Positions 38,644 to 51,093 of a stretch of 64,000 bases of DNA are shown here, piece by piece. The DNA is from Narcine bancroftii. Taxonomy: Eukaryota. Positions within the stretch are counted from its first letter, which is position 1; each line of letters opens with the position of its first letter. Position numbers and translations under genes: made by a program. The notes beneath the pieces are model-generated. The model saw only the letters and a program-made list of their open reading frames with translations. It had not been told where the DNA came from and did no database searches. The stretch is taken from contig NC_091477.1 in NCBI RefSeq assembly GCF_036971445.1, positions 27,466,001-27,530,000 on the forward strand, written 5' to 3'.

Positions 38644-38654
38644 CCCCTCCCCAT
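34205..38654. repeat. Pyrimidine-rich 22-bp satellite, about 200 units, grading into (CT)n
   Basis: Unit ccccatcgctctctcccccctt. Blocks of 21-bp and ctcact variants. The right end loses the CG and ends in (CT)n. Confidence 0.99.
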
Positions 38655-39049
38655 TTGTTTTATTAAATTGTGTGCGTATTTTCCCACACTCTTATTTGTG
38701 TTTTATTCCTGCTACGATATTCTGATGCCGACATAGGGTAATTTAGGTCAGCACAATATCATGGGCTGAAGGGTTCATACTCTGCTGTACATAATGTTGA
38801 ATTATGTTTTAATTAAGCATGAATAATTTTGTTTAAATATAAGCTCATAATTAATTGATCAGGATTCTGAATTTAGTAAAAAGTTTATACCTTTTTAAAA
38901 TCAGTGTTAGTTGGAAGAATATCTTTTGTTTCCTTCACTTTCCTGTGTGCAGGCAAGAACGCCATCATTGTGTCACTAATTGGACCTGGCATATAGGGTG
39001 TCCTGTTCACATTGGCTGACCAAGTATGCCGATTTAAAACGGATCACCA

Positions 39050-39680
39050 ATGGCCCCCTTCAAACTGCAACCCCTCTCAAACTATAGCCCATGGGTAGCC
39101 CTCCTAGGACACAAGTGCGATTGTTGGGGCAAAGGTGCTGGAAGTACCTTTCAATTCGCAGGGGGATCTACCCATAAAATCGCCAACCAGGCAATTTAAG
39201 GGGAAATCCCGCTCCCACAATGACACAGTAAATGATACGTTTATGCACTCATGGGATCTATCAGCCATCCGTCTCCAACCTGCTGTCAAAATAGCTCCTC
39301 CCACCAGCCGTCACCACCCCTCACCCCACTAATGGCTCTCCCCATCAGTTGCCACCCCTCACCCCACTAATGGCTCTCCCCATCAGTTGCCACCCCTACC
39401 GTCAATCCTCCTCCCCCCCTACATCGACATGCCTCTGCCGCAAACGTGGGGGGGTGGTGGTTGCTGCTGTGATGGCTCAATGAGGGAGTGCAGGAGCAAT
39501 GACAGTCTTCCCTACCCATAATCTCCCATGCCACTGGAATCACTCTGCCAGTGCCAGAGTGGTTCCAGTAGCGTGGAGGATTATGGGTAAAGACCATGGC
39601 CATTCCTCCCACATTGAGCTATCGCCACGAACTGGAGTGGCTTTTGCAGCAGCGGCACATCACGGCAGTGACCAGCCTCC
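39050..39680. mobile_element. Harbinger-like MITE fragment with a central hairpin and a local 39-bp duplication
   Basis: Starts ggcccccttcaaactg. Inverted repeat 39513-39547 / 39555-39589. Tandem duplication at about 39320-39397. Confidence 0.5.
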
Positions 39681-40139
39681 CATACCTCGGATAAAATTCT
39701 GACTGCCCATCATATCTAGGCTCCTCACAATTTTATAAACCACTACAATGTCATTATTTAGCCTATGTTCCAATTCTTGTTACCAAGCCCTCCATTCTAG
39801 GAAATATTTTGGTCAATCTCTACCCTCTTTGCTTCTTACAAGCAAACTACGAACACATTCCACTTAACCGTTTTCCTTCCAGTGGAGGCTTCCAAAATAC
39901 CTCTTCCAAGTGCTGTTTTACAAAATCTGCAACCTTCCCCTCCCCAACTTTTGGTGCATTAACTCAAGGTCTTAGTTTTTCCATGAAAAGCTCCAAGGCA
40001 CTTCACACTCCACTGCTGTTCCCAAAGACAAGGCCAGCTCCCTCCCAAATAAAGAGTTTTTGCATACTGCTTCAGGAAACTCTATTCAATGCATTTTACT
40101 GAAACTAGTCCTCATCTCAGCCCCTTACCAGGTTATTGA

Positions 40140-40740
40140 ATAAAATTTAACAGTCACATATTATATCAGGGCATCTGGTCACAGAGATATTTACAAAGAC
40201 TAAAGAAAAATGGTGGGGGAGGGGTGAAATATTTAGGAAGAAAGTTTTTGAACTTAATCAGCAGCTAAAACCACTGCCACCAATGCTAAGGGAAGTAAAA
40301 TTTAGATATGCAAAAGATCAAAATTTGGTACAAATCTCAAGTTATTAGAATTGGAGGATTCAGATGGAGCAAGACAAGGCCACAGAAATTTACAATGCAG
40401 TGTATTATGAAAACAGAGACTTTACAGAATCAAGACCTAACATTAAGTCAGTGAGCATTGGAGAGAAATAGACAAGAAATTGTCCAAGTTAGAATTTAAG
40501 TACTGACGTTTTGCATGAGATCATATTTCTAGATGTAAACAGTAGGGAGGGACAGAAAGCACTGAAATCAAAAGCAGATGAGTTAGACTAATGTTATGAA
40601 TGAGAGTTTGTCAGTTCGACTTGCGGTGGCTGGCCAAAGAACAGAACTTGTGACAGGGACAAAGCAAGACTATGGCGTTGCTTTCCCAAATGCTCAATTA
40701 GAGGAAATTCCTGTACATTCAGTAATGAATATTAGATAAG
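40140..40740 (-). mobile_element. Very old L2/CR1-like LINE relic
   Basis: Weak resemblance on the minus strand to the RILT.TK...PITP.L.DLHWLP motif near 40440-40520. Confidence 0.4.
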
Positions 40741-40764
40741 CTCAACTAATCAAATTTTTAGGAA

Positions 40765-41195
40765 GGAACATCAGTAGAAGACCATCGAGTCTTCTCTGCC
40801 ATCCACATCAAGGCTGATGTAATTTTCTTATCAACATCATTTTCTTGCCTTCTCCCTGTTACCTTTAACATCCTTGCTGACCAAGGACCAATCAGCAGAC
40901 TGTAACAATGAAGCCCACATACTCATTTCTCATCTAATCTATAGATTTCAGAGATACATTCCCTCCCCCCTCTATCTTATCGATGCCTTCCATAATTTTA
41001 TACGTTTCTTTAAGATCCCCTCCATTTCTTCCAAATTCAAGCGAGCACAGTCCCAGATGTTTCAATCTCTCCTCATAGGCTAACCCCCTCATCTCTGGAA
41101 TCAACCTGGTGAACATCATCTGCACCACCTCCAAAGCCACAAGGAGACAAGAATTCTATATAGTACTCCTGATGCCTTGCCAGAACCTTGTAGAG
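40765..41195 (-). mobile_element. CR1 LINE 3' fragment
   Basis: ALEVVQMMFTRLIPEMRGLAYEERLKHLGLCSLEF...DLKETYKIMEGIDKI. Confidence 0.88.
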
Positions 41196-41196
41196 T

Positions 41197-42087
41197 AAAT
41201 TTTAATTTTTTTGTACTCTGAAGCATCACACAACAGCTTGGGAGCAAACATTCAGCCCTGCCCGCAGCAGCTGTTTGAATAAAGATTCAATTAAGTTGTG
41301 TTTGAATAAAATGGTGGCACCCAGGATGAAGAGCCAGCTGGTGCCGCTCACTGCTCGGGTGACTCTACCAAAGTGTCTCCCTATCCCTGCCTGGTAAGTC
41401 TTTATCTTGATTAGTATATTATAAAGCTTCATCTGTAAACTTGGGGGAGGGGTGATAATTATGATGTTGGCATGGTAAGCATAGCAGCTAGCACAATGCA
41501 GTTACAGTACCAGCAATTGTGGTTCAAATTGAAAGCAAGTTGTTCTGAGGTAAATCAGCTTGCGCCGAGGGCCTGACTCATACGCTTACATAGAGGGGAG
41601 TCGGGTTGCACCAAGGGCCTGCCCAGGACACCAGGATTAAGAACCGGTCAATGCCACTCACCGTTGGGGTGACTTTCCCAAAGTATTTCCCTATTCCTGC
41701 CTAGCAACAGGCCATCTTTATTAACATTAGGTATATGAGTATGGCTTTATCTGTAAACTGTGGGGGAGGGTTAATTATGACAGCAGCACAGTTAGCGTAG
41801 CAGCTAGCGCAACACTGTTACAGCGCTCACAAATGGGGTTAGAATTTAAATTAAAATTTTGTAGGTTATGGGAATTAATTGATTAAAGTGAACTTTACAT
41901 AATTAAAGACTTGAATACTGAATTTTTTTCCCCAGATTACATTTTGCACTATTTTTTGTCTTTTAAACAGTGCTCTTCATGCAGGTGTATTACCTAGGCA
42001 TTGTAAGAGCAAGTCTCACTCAACCAGAAAATTCGCATTTCATGCATCTACGATCCCCATAGGTGCTGAATAACGGAGATTTTACTG
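41197..42087 (+). mobile_element. Second, 5'-truncated copy of the 574-1852 DNA element
   Basis: Shared cccgcagcagctgtttgaataaagattcaa block and terminal ggtgctgaataacggagattttactg. Confidence 0.8.
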
Positions 42088-43410
42088 CATTTTTTCTTTA
42101 AGGAACTTAAATGACAAGTCAAATTGCTATTATTTGCAGCTGGGGAAAAAAGTGCTTCAAAAGAGTTCGAAGGAGAATTTAAAGAACTACCCTCTTGGTG
42201 TCACTTACAAATCAATACAAAAGTTAGTTTTTTCTCCTGCTCCTAATGTTTTTAATTTTACAAATGCTGTAGTGCACATTAAAAAACCAAACCACAATAC
42301 CAAAAAGATATTGCATTTGCAAATATAATACAAAGTGGTCTGAGACAAATGCTCACTAAGAATATTCCACATTTCATATTCCTCTGGGTATAGTATTTTG
42401 CTAAAGGAATAGAGTATAGGTAGAACTAGGATTGTAATTTTTTTGATGCCATGGCAGAATCAATATGAGTGAAATATCATTCTCGCTTAATAATCATAAA
42501 TTTACCTCATCTATGCTCCATTTTAAACATACTCTACACCCTCTTTTGTTGATTTAAAGCTAGCAACATCCCCTCACAGTGTTTCCATCTATGTTCAAAA
42601 TGCTTAGCAAATGGGCACAACCAATAGCCATTACTTCATCATCTAACTGGATTCTGGTCTTCTATTCATTTATGCAATTTCCAACCAAAATTTATAGACT
42701 GAATTCTACAACTACCATAATTCACTTTAGAAGCTGAGCATTTGGAGCATTGGCATGCGGTTTGAAAGCATAGCTTAAAAATTCAGGATTTGTTCAAAAT
42801 GTTAATGCTGCTCAAAAACTATACAAGTGCTTTTTAATTTAATATTCTTTACTATGAAAAGTATATAAAATAATGAATTTTAATTATTCCAATTCAGAAA
42901 CTTAAAATATTGTGTAGCAGCTTCTTTGAACAGAAAGAATTCTGGGAGTAATAAAAATGTTTTGGAATTTTGTACATTATACGTCAAATGGAACATCCCA
43001 GTTACATACAAAAAAAAGTATTCATTGCAAACTTTACTCTTTAAGCTACATTTCAGAACACTTCTCTCAAACAGACAATTTATCACTGCTGCATAATGGC
43101 CTGCAAAGGGAACAATTTCACAATCACTACTTTAACTGGGATTTATTTCATATAAAGCATTAGTATTAACTAGCTTCAAATCATTTCCAAATGAACAGCT
43201 TTGGGGACTGAAAGATATTCTCAACAACTATGGAAACTGATAAAGCCCTGAACTCACATATTTAATACTCAGAATCCCAAGGTTCCAACTTTCAAAATTG
43301 CAGGATTCCATGCAATAAAAACAGCTTCTGTAGTTCTTACTCAAGGATACAAAATATGATGTACAACACCACTGAAAAATGTGATACATTGCCCAGCAAG
43401 CTTTTGTACA

Positions 43411-44111
43411 TCTAATATATATTCATGCATGCATCTCTGTCTGTTCTCCTTGAAAATCAATATGGAGCAATCTAGAAATGTCCCAGGAGGTTCAGTAGGG
43501 GTAACATTTGATGCTGAATTTCATGACCACGTTAAATTTCATTGAATTTAACTTTTAAGGTCAAATGAAGTCCAAAAGTGTTTTTTTGACCAGCTTGCAC
43601 TGAATTGCATTACTGTTTACTATAATTGTGGTAACATTTGATGCTGAATGTCATAACCACATTGAATTTAACCTTTAAGGTCATATGAAGTTCAAAATTT
43701 CCAAAAGAATTGACCTCAATTAGTTACAGTGCTGTGCATCAATGTACATTCAAAAACCAAACCCAGCTCAATATGGGCCCAAAAAAGCAAAGCAATATCG
43801 GCAGAAGCTCTTCACAAAGCAAGAGATGGAGGAACATCAGTCTCACATTATTGTTGATGCTTCCAGACATGCAAGGAGCAAGCAGCAGGATACGCCTATC
43901 TCAGTGTTCCAACCTCCGGGCAAGCAGCGGGAAATAGAACAGCAACACCAGGCCTGCCTCACTGCTCAGGCCTCCAGACAAACAAGGATCAGGAAAAATT
44001 CAAAATATACATCATGCAGAATTATCATGAAGTTTTTTGGGCATTTTGTTTCAACCATATAGTCGACAAATTAGTGTTTTATTTCCTGGGCAATGCTGGG
44101 TTTCCTGCTAG
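43411..44111 (+). mobile_element. Non-autonomous Helitron
   Basis: A|TC start, subterminal hairpin cctgggcaatgctggg, CTAG|T end and no TSD. Internal direct repeat (43500-43580 / 43630-43700). Remnant MGPKKQSNIGRSSSQSKR...EIEQQHQACLTAQA resembles RepHel N-termini. Confidence 0.8.
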
Positions 44112-46092
44112 TTGTATAATAAAAATTAAATAAACAAACTCAAAAGCAAGAGCACCCAAGTTCTCTTCCAAACAAGATTTGAATAGATTCAATAAAAATG
44201 TTTAAAATAACTGGATTTCACACCATAACATTGAAGTAGCAATTCTTTGTGATTTAGAAATCAATTCATGGAGTTTTCCATGGAAATGGCATGGAAAATT
44301 AGAAAGATTAGCCAACAAAAATATTAACTCAATACTTAACTTAAAATCTATTTAAATGGGATGAAATGGAATGAAGTAAATGGATTTTTATTTATTCTGA
44401 TGTAAAGAATTCAATGCTACAAAGGTGGTGGTAGAATGCAACTTTTCATGCACTTTTATATCAAATGAATATGCAGTAAAAGGAAAATTATGCAGATGCT
44501 CGAAACTTTGGGAAAATGATACTGGCTGTTCTTTTCAGCAAAGATTCCTCCCCCATGATAGTTAACAAGGCTACCAAGCACATTAGATCATTTCCCACAT
44601 CTTCTCTTTTACTTCCTCACTTCCCATCATTTTTTGCCTCCAAAACTTCTCCCAGATAAAACAATAATCTATTATTTTTGTTCACCCTGTAACCACTTTG
44701 TCCAGAAGCATGATCCCAAGCTGCAGGCAGCTTATTGTTTTCAATATTTAGTCCATTTTCTCTTTGAACTATATTGTTCCTAAAATGAGCTCAGAATTTA
44801 AACCATCTCACGACTTTCCCATCTTAATAGAAATTCAACAAATCTGCCACTGATTCTCATTTACACTTCATTAAACTTGTTTCTTTGCTTGTTCATTTTT
44901 GCTTCAACTGCCTTGCCCAATTAACCATTTGTCAGGATTTTTTTCTAATCTTCCATCCTCCATTTGCATGTACTTTTTTTTTCCCCCCTCTCTCAGCCTG
45001 AAAAAATGTAAACAGTTATCAAGCAGTTAACAGTAACTACTTGCTTTCCAGAGTTTATATCGCACTCACCAAGTATTTCTAGCTATTTGAATATGGGAAT
45101 GCAGTATTCTTTCATCCTATTTTATGTGAAACTTTTTCCCTTTATCTAAATCAGTACTTAACCATTTTTACAAATGGAGCCAACAGATAATTTATGCCAT
45201 ACACATTGTTTGGAGCAATTTGGACCAAACCACCATTTCAACAACCAATCCTAACAATACCCAAAAAGGTACATAATTTAATAATTATTTTGTTTAATAA
45301 AAACAGAAGATGCTGAGAATACTCAGTGCATTGAGCATCCTCTAAGAAAACAAAGCAAATGTTTGACATTAATAATCCTTCATTGTCGTGTTCTGTTTCT
45401 TCAACCGCAAATGCTCCTCAACCTCATTCACAGTTCGGCATTTTTTCCCCAGATTATCGGGATCTGCAATATTTTGATTTCTATATTCTGCAAAGACTTC
45501 AATTACCTTAAATTAAGCCACTAATGAGGCACAGCTGAAAGACTTAAAACTCAGATCAAGATACAAGGTTTACAAATGGGGGGGAAAAAGCAGACAGAAA
45601 AATAGTGATATGACATGAAATTATTTCAATAAGGAGCGGAAATAACTGGAGACAAGCAAGCAGTTGCTGGAAGAATTTAGTGCAACGTTGGAAGGTTCAT
45701 GTAAAATTTAGAGACAGCTCAGATGTGGTAAAATGGATAAATGCTGATATTGGACTAAAAGTGGAACAGAATCAAATAGATTAAAAATAAACTTGCAAAT
45801 ATCACAGTAGTAGCAAATTTGATGTGTTAAGTATTGTATACTGCACTACCCTTCCCCAGAAACAAGAAATGAATAAATGATCCAAATTAAGTGCACAGCC
45901 CAAGAGTGTAGGAACTCTCATTTTATAATTATAATATCACCAAGTTCAATGTAATATCGAAGGGAGAAAGTACAAACTGATAAAATTTATTACTCAGTTA
46001 GTCTTCAAAGCAGCAGCACTAAAATCTGCCAAAGGCAAGCAAGAAGCTAGAGCAGCATTTCCCAAACTGGGTTCAGCGGAAGAAATGGGGAG

Positions 46093-47480
46093 TGTGACAG
46101 ATCATGTGGTGTTTGTATTTAATGTAGATATGTTTTTGGGTGATAAATTGAGGAGGACTTTTTAGTGTAGGTCACAAACAAACACTTCAAAACAGATCTT
46201 ATTAAAATACTGGAGCCCTGCTCATGCTAGACAGGCTGGCTCCAAGAGCCTTTGCAAGTGCTTTGGAGAGTGCCCAAGAAACTAATGGATTGCTGGTTTA
46301 CAAAAAGATGAAAGAACTCGTTGGAGCCACAGGCTGTCTGGAATGGAACTTGCTGTTCTAAGAGAGTCATGTGGTTTTGCAAGCAGAGAGAGTAAATCAG
46401 GCTCTCTGAGAGAGAGAAAAAAAATTCACTTCTGCAGTACTACAGTCAGCAGCAGCAGCAGGGACTGGAACAGGACAAGCTGGAAAACTTGCTGAAAAAC
46501 CCCTTTTTGAAGACTGGTTGTGATTGCTTAGTTCAGCCTAGTCAAAACCCTTGTGGTTGATACAAGAGGAAAGAACTGACTGCCTAATGCAGTGGTTCCC
46601 AGCCTTTTTCTTTCCACTCACATACCACTTTAAGTATTCCCTATGCCATAGGTGCTCTGTGATTAGAGGGATTGCTTAAGGTGGTATGTGGGTGGAAAGA
46701 AAAAGGTTGAAAACCACTGTTTTATTTGTACCTAACTGACATGTTATGTGCACAGTTTCACAACTCCAAAGGAAATGGGCCAATGACAATTTGTCTTGAG
46801 CAAAATATTTCAGTAATAATTAGGTCGAGAGCAGTGCTTCTCAACCTTCCCTTCCCATTCACATATCACCTTAAGCAATCCCTAACTAATCACAGAGCAC
46901 CAATAGCATTGGAATTACTTAAAGTGGTATGTGAGTGGAAAGAAAAAGGTTGGGAACCACTAGCCTACTGTTTCACTTGAAATTAGAGAAACAAACAGGA
47001 ACTCTGTGGTGACATGAAAGAAAGAGGTTATCATCAGTTTCTTCAGTAAGACACTGAAGTGGCTGGTTACAAGAAATCAGTTGTGGGTGTCCAGAGAACA
47101 ACAAATTTCTCTGAAAACCGACAAGACCCTTCCTGAACGGTAACCATTTACCTTTCAAGCACCAAAGCCTGGTGAACTTCATAAGTATTAAATTCTGTGC
47201 CCAGCATAAGAATTGCCTGCAACCAGTAAACTTGGAGGAATGAGAAGTGAGATTGGACTGTGAATCAAAGAACTTTTCTGAACTAACATACACATTACCT
47301 ACATGTGCATTTAGAATTAGAAGGGGGTTAAGTTAGGTTGGTTAAGTTAATAGTAATAAATTAAAGTTCGATCCTCTTTCCATGTTTAAAGATAATTAAA
47401 AGCAACTTGTGTTTAAGTAACTATTTGTCTTGGTGAATATCTATTGCTCTTGGGTTTTGGGGTCCTCTGGGCTCGTAACA
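46093..47480 (+). mobile_element. Solo LTR, likely Gypsy-type
   Basis: TGTGAC...GTAACA ends, perfect 4-bp TSD ggag, AATAAA at 47355. Confidence 0.88.
46590..46962. mobile_element. hAT-type MITE (same family as 14341-14712) inserted in the LTR
   Basis: Termini cagtggttccca / tgggaaccacta. TSD gcctaatg/gcctactg (7/8). Same internal sequence as the 14341 copy. Confidence 0.9.
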
Positions 47481-48779
47481 GGAGTAACAACTAAAACTTA
47501 TAATAACTTTTTATTTAATTTAAATTACTTTTTACCTGTGTTTCTAAACAGTTGCCTTGACACTAACAAAACAAAATGGCGTCTTGACGCTTAACGTTGT
47601 CAGTGCAGACATCAGGCCTCAAGACACCATTTTCAACCAATGAGACTTGGATTTCTTTTGGCACAAGGCTGGCCACATTTTTAAAATTTAAATTGCCTTC
47701 CCCCCACCCCAACCTTGGTCACTCCCTACCTCATTCACTCCTTCCACACCCCCTTTCTCCTGCTGAGGTTGGTGTGCAAACTGATGAAGAAGTTGGTGTG
47801 GTCGCCGGAATGGTGCTGATTGGGACCTGTATTGATTGAGGCATCAGGGCCACGGTATGTTTTCTGTCGGGGTCATCGGCAGAGATGATGGTGGCTCCAG
47901 CATCTGGTTGGCAGGTACAGGGGTTAATGATAGAGATGTTGGAAGTTCGGGCTGTGGGCTGCAGGGGCGAGGATGTAAACCCATATCAGAGGCATCAGGA
48001 GTTCCACCTATGGGACGAGGTGGATACCCATGTCAGAGGTGTTGGGCGATCTGGCCGGTCGGTGGCTGGCTGGGGAAACCCACTTCTGGAAGGTCGGTAG
48101 TGGTGGGCATTTGGAGTGTGGAAGTCAATGATATTGATATTGCAATTTAGTTAATATTCAGTTCAAACAAAATAATCAAATTCTGAAGAAATTGGATTTA
48201 GACAGCACTGCCTCAGATTGCTAACTGTTTAAGAAAAATATTTAATTTAGACTCAACCACGTTCAAACCAGAAGTTAACGGCATTCTACTTCCGGTTCGT
48301 AACTACAGGTTCCACGATTTCCAAGTGTTCCCCAAAAGGTTTGGGAAGCCCTGAGCTAAAGGGACTCTGCAAATCAAGCAGCACCTACGAAGAGAAGTAA
48401 CCAATCAAGATACAAAACTTACTATCCATTTCTTTTTATGCTTGCTGCCTGACCTACTGAGTCCCTCCAGCTTTGCAATGTTTGTTCAAGATCTGCAGTT
48501 CTTGCATTTCTCTATGTCCACAGTAAATGGGTAAATCTGTTTACAAGTTAAAAATAGGGAAATGTGTAAATGGAAACCTATTTATCAATAAAAGCAACTA
48601 AAGAGAGTATAACTAAGAGTACAGCCTACAAAATACAAAAACTATCATAAAAAGTTAATTTGTTAACAAAACTACTGTAATAGGAATAATGTGGATCTTT
48701 TGAAAAAATAGCAAACATGTCTATATTTTACATAAATTTACAGGAGGAAAAGAACAGAATGTTGGATAATGCAAGGAAA

Positions 48780-49125
48780 TTATAATTCAGGGCTGGGCTA
48801 TACCCAAGCTGGAAAAAGACTCCTCAGAGACCATCTTCCAAACTCAAAATGACTACTAGCTAGAAGGTCAAGAGCACGGAACACCACTATCTGTAAGTTG
48901 TCCTCCAAGCCATACACTATTGATTTTGAAATGATCTCCAATCCTTCCCCATCGCTGGGTCAAAAATGCTAGAGCTCCCGTTCTATCAGAATTGAGGGAC
49001 TATCAACACCTCCAGGGCTGCATGTGTTCAAGAAAACAGCCCACCAACATATTCAGAGGCAACTGGGGATGGGCAATTAAATGCTAAATCTGTGAAGCCC
49101 ACATTTAGCGAATGAATTAAAATAA
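48780..49125 (+). mobile_element. Old CR1-like LINE 3' relic
   Basis: gttcaagaaaacagcccaccaacatattcagaggcaactggggatgggcaattaaatgct tail. Related pieces at about 53700 and 54840-56940. Confidence 0.55.
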
Positions 49126-50107
49126 AAGCAAAATAGCCAGTTGTATTAAAAAAGAGTAATAGTATCAAATTACTCCGATTTCCATTCCAGAGTTGAAGGA
49201 AACAGCTCATTTCATGAATAGACTTCCTAGATTAGAAAATTGTACCTTTTTCCTGTGCAATATTTAAGGGGAAAACAAGGAAATCAGTGGTCACGTGTAA
49301 AAGAAAATTAGTGAGGTTTAAGAATTGAGTGAGAGAACAAATAATTATTTTTTTTATATATAAAGATGATCCAAGTCCAATCTGTGTTAGTGGTACATGG
49401 CCGTCAATTCCTTCAACTTAAAACACAAATACCTCCATTGATCTAAAATCTTCTGGGGTAGAGAATTCCAGAAAAGAAATTCCTGCACACCTCAGTTTTA
49501 CCTTCTCTTGTAAATTACTCTCATACTAGCAAAAAAATCTCAACATTTATCCTCTGGATCTTCTACCTTTCAATAAGGTGGCACCACCCATTCCCTCCCC
49601 CCCACCCACCTAAATTTCAAAGAATGTAATCTAACTTTTTTTTTTAATCCACTCACGATAGGAACTTGCTTCGTGATTCTTCTGGACAATCTCCAATCTT
49701 CCTATATCCTGTCCTAAAGGAGACCAAAACTGTGTACAATATCCAAGTTTATCAAAACAGAAATATGGGTGGCATACTAAGATTAGAGACTTAAACACTC
49801 AATTACAAAGACATTGACAGATTAGGTAAATGTGGGGGGGAAAAAACAGTTGACAATACAGGCAAAGCATTTATAGTATACAAAAAATAAGTAGTACTGA
49901 GCTAAAGAGGTATCTTTTGATACCTTAATGCAATGAAATACAGAAATTGATCAAAAATGTTAGTGGATAGAGGCCCAGTATTCAGAGAACTAGAAAACAA
50001 TGAAGTACATTTGCTACAACCACAAAGCTCAAGATGACCACACCCAGAGCACTCAAACCTAGAAACTATGCAACATGTACCTCGGAGCCTATCCACTGTG
50101 AATTTAT

Positions 50108-50360
50108 TGGGCAGCACAGTTAGCATACAAATTAGCGCGATGCTATTATAGCACCAGTGGCCCGGGTTCAAATCTGGCACTGTTGGTAATGAGTTTGCAC
50201 GTTCTCCCTATGTCTGTATGGGTTTCCTCTGGGTAGTATGGTTTCCTCCCACTCTCCAAAAACGTACGGGGTTTGTAAGTTAATTGGTGCACTTGGGTGG
50301 CAAGGGCTTGTGGGTCAGAAGGGCCTGTTACCATGCTCTATGTCTAAAATTAAAATGTTA
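50108..50360 (+). mobile_element. tRNA-derived SINE (V-SINE/HE1-like)
   Basis: gggcagcacagttagc...ccgggttcaaatc...gagtttgcacgttctccc...gaagggcctgttaccatgct. Confidence 0.85.
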
Positions 50361-50939
50361 AAATGATTCAAAACATTCAGCGACATTGCACAAGATAACT
50401 TCTTATCCCATGAGATTCAAAAAGTTATCTGGGAGTCTAAACAATTTTAAAGATATTATGGAGAATTAATGGGGTGAATAAAGAGAAACAATTGTTGAAG
50501 TTTGGGTATCAAGAAGTGAGGCATTGCCAAAATCAGGGGCAAGATTTGGAAGCTTACATAGCAAAAGGATGGGAGAAGTTTTTTTTTTAAAAACTCCCTT
50601 CAACAAACAATAAATAATGCAAGGTCAATTATTCAGATTTAATCTGAGATTAATAGATTTTTCATAACCAATTGTCTCAAATATGTATCTAGAAATATGA
50701 CACATCAGATGTGATCTTTTAAAATGTCAACAGGCTCACTGTTTTAAATTTTTATGACTTCAACATTTCACGAATTTTATAATTAAATCAGCATATTTTG
50801 GACTAAACTAAAAATTTATCCATGAAATACATGTGCCAGATGCATTAGAATTTATGCATCAGTGTGATCTGAAAACACACATAGAAATCAATTCTAAAAG
50901 AAATCTAGTTTAATGTTACAATTACATTAAAGAAAATAC

Positions 50940-51093
50940 CTGCTGCTTCAAGCAAGGCTTCCAATCTGGCCTGTGTTTCTGGGTCCACTGTTCGTAGATC
51001 TGTTCCATCTGCAGCACTTGACAAAAGTAATTCAGAGGCTGTTTTAAGCATTGGATTATCCAGATCTTCCTGGTCCAAAATAAATGATTCAAC
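50940..51093 (-). CDS. ANKHD1: Internal coding exon (exon 2, 154 bp, phase 0 to 1) of an ankyrin repeat and KH domain protein, ANKHD1/ANKRD17 (MASK) family
   Basis: Minus strand reads tttttcag|GTT GAA TCA...GCA GCA G|gtattt and translates to VESFILDQEDLDNPMLKTASELLLSSAADGTDLRTVDPETQARLEALLEAA(G). This matches the recalled exon 2 peptide of ANKHD1 and ANKRD17. DQEDLDNP and KT..E favour ANKHD1, but ANKRD17 is not excluded. Missed by the ORF track because it is short. Confidence 0.9.

Larger units (their letters stand above)
46053..48353. mobile_element. Non-autonomous hAT element interrupted by a solo LTR
   Basis: Termini cagcatttcccaaact / ggtttgggaagccctg. 8-bp TSD agctagag/agctaaag (7/8). 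Confidence 0.8.

Noticed and set aside
34063-38725. ORFs of 620-1532 aa on both strands (Pro/Ser-rich and Gly/Glu/Arg-rich)
   Set aside because: Artefacts of the 22-bp satellite; 21-bp variants shift frames freely.
50108-50180. tRNA-like A/B-box sequence
   Set aside because: It is a SINE head continuing into the SINE body; no complete cloverleaf.
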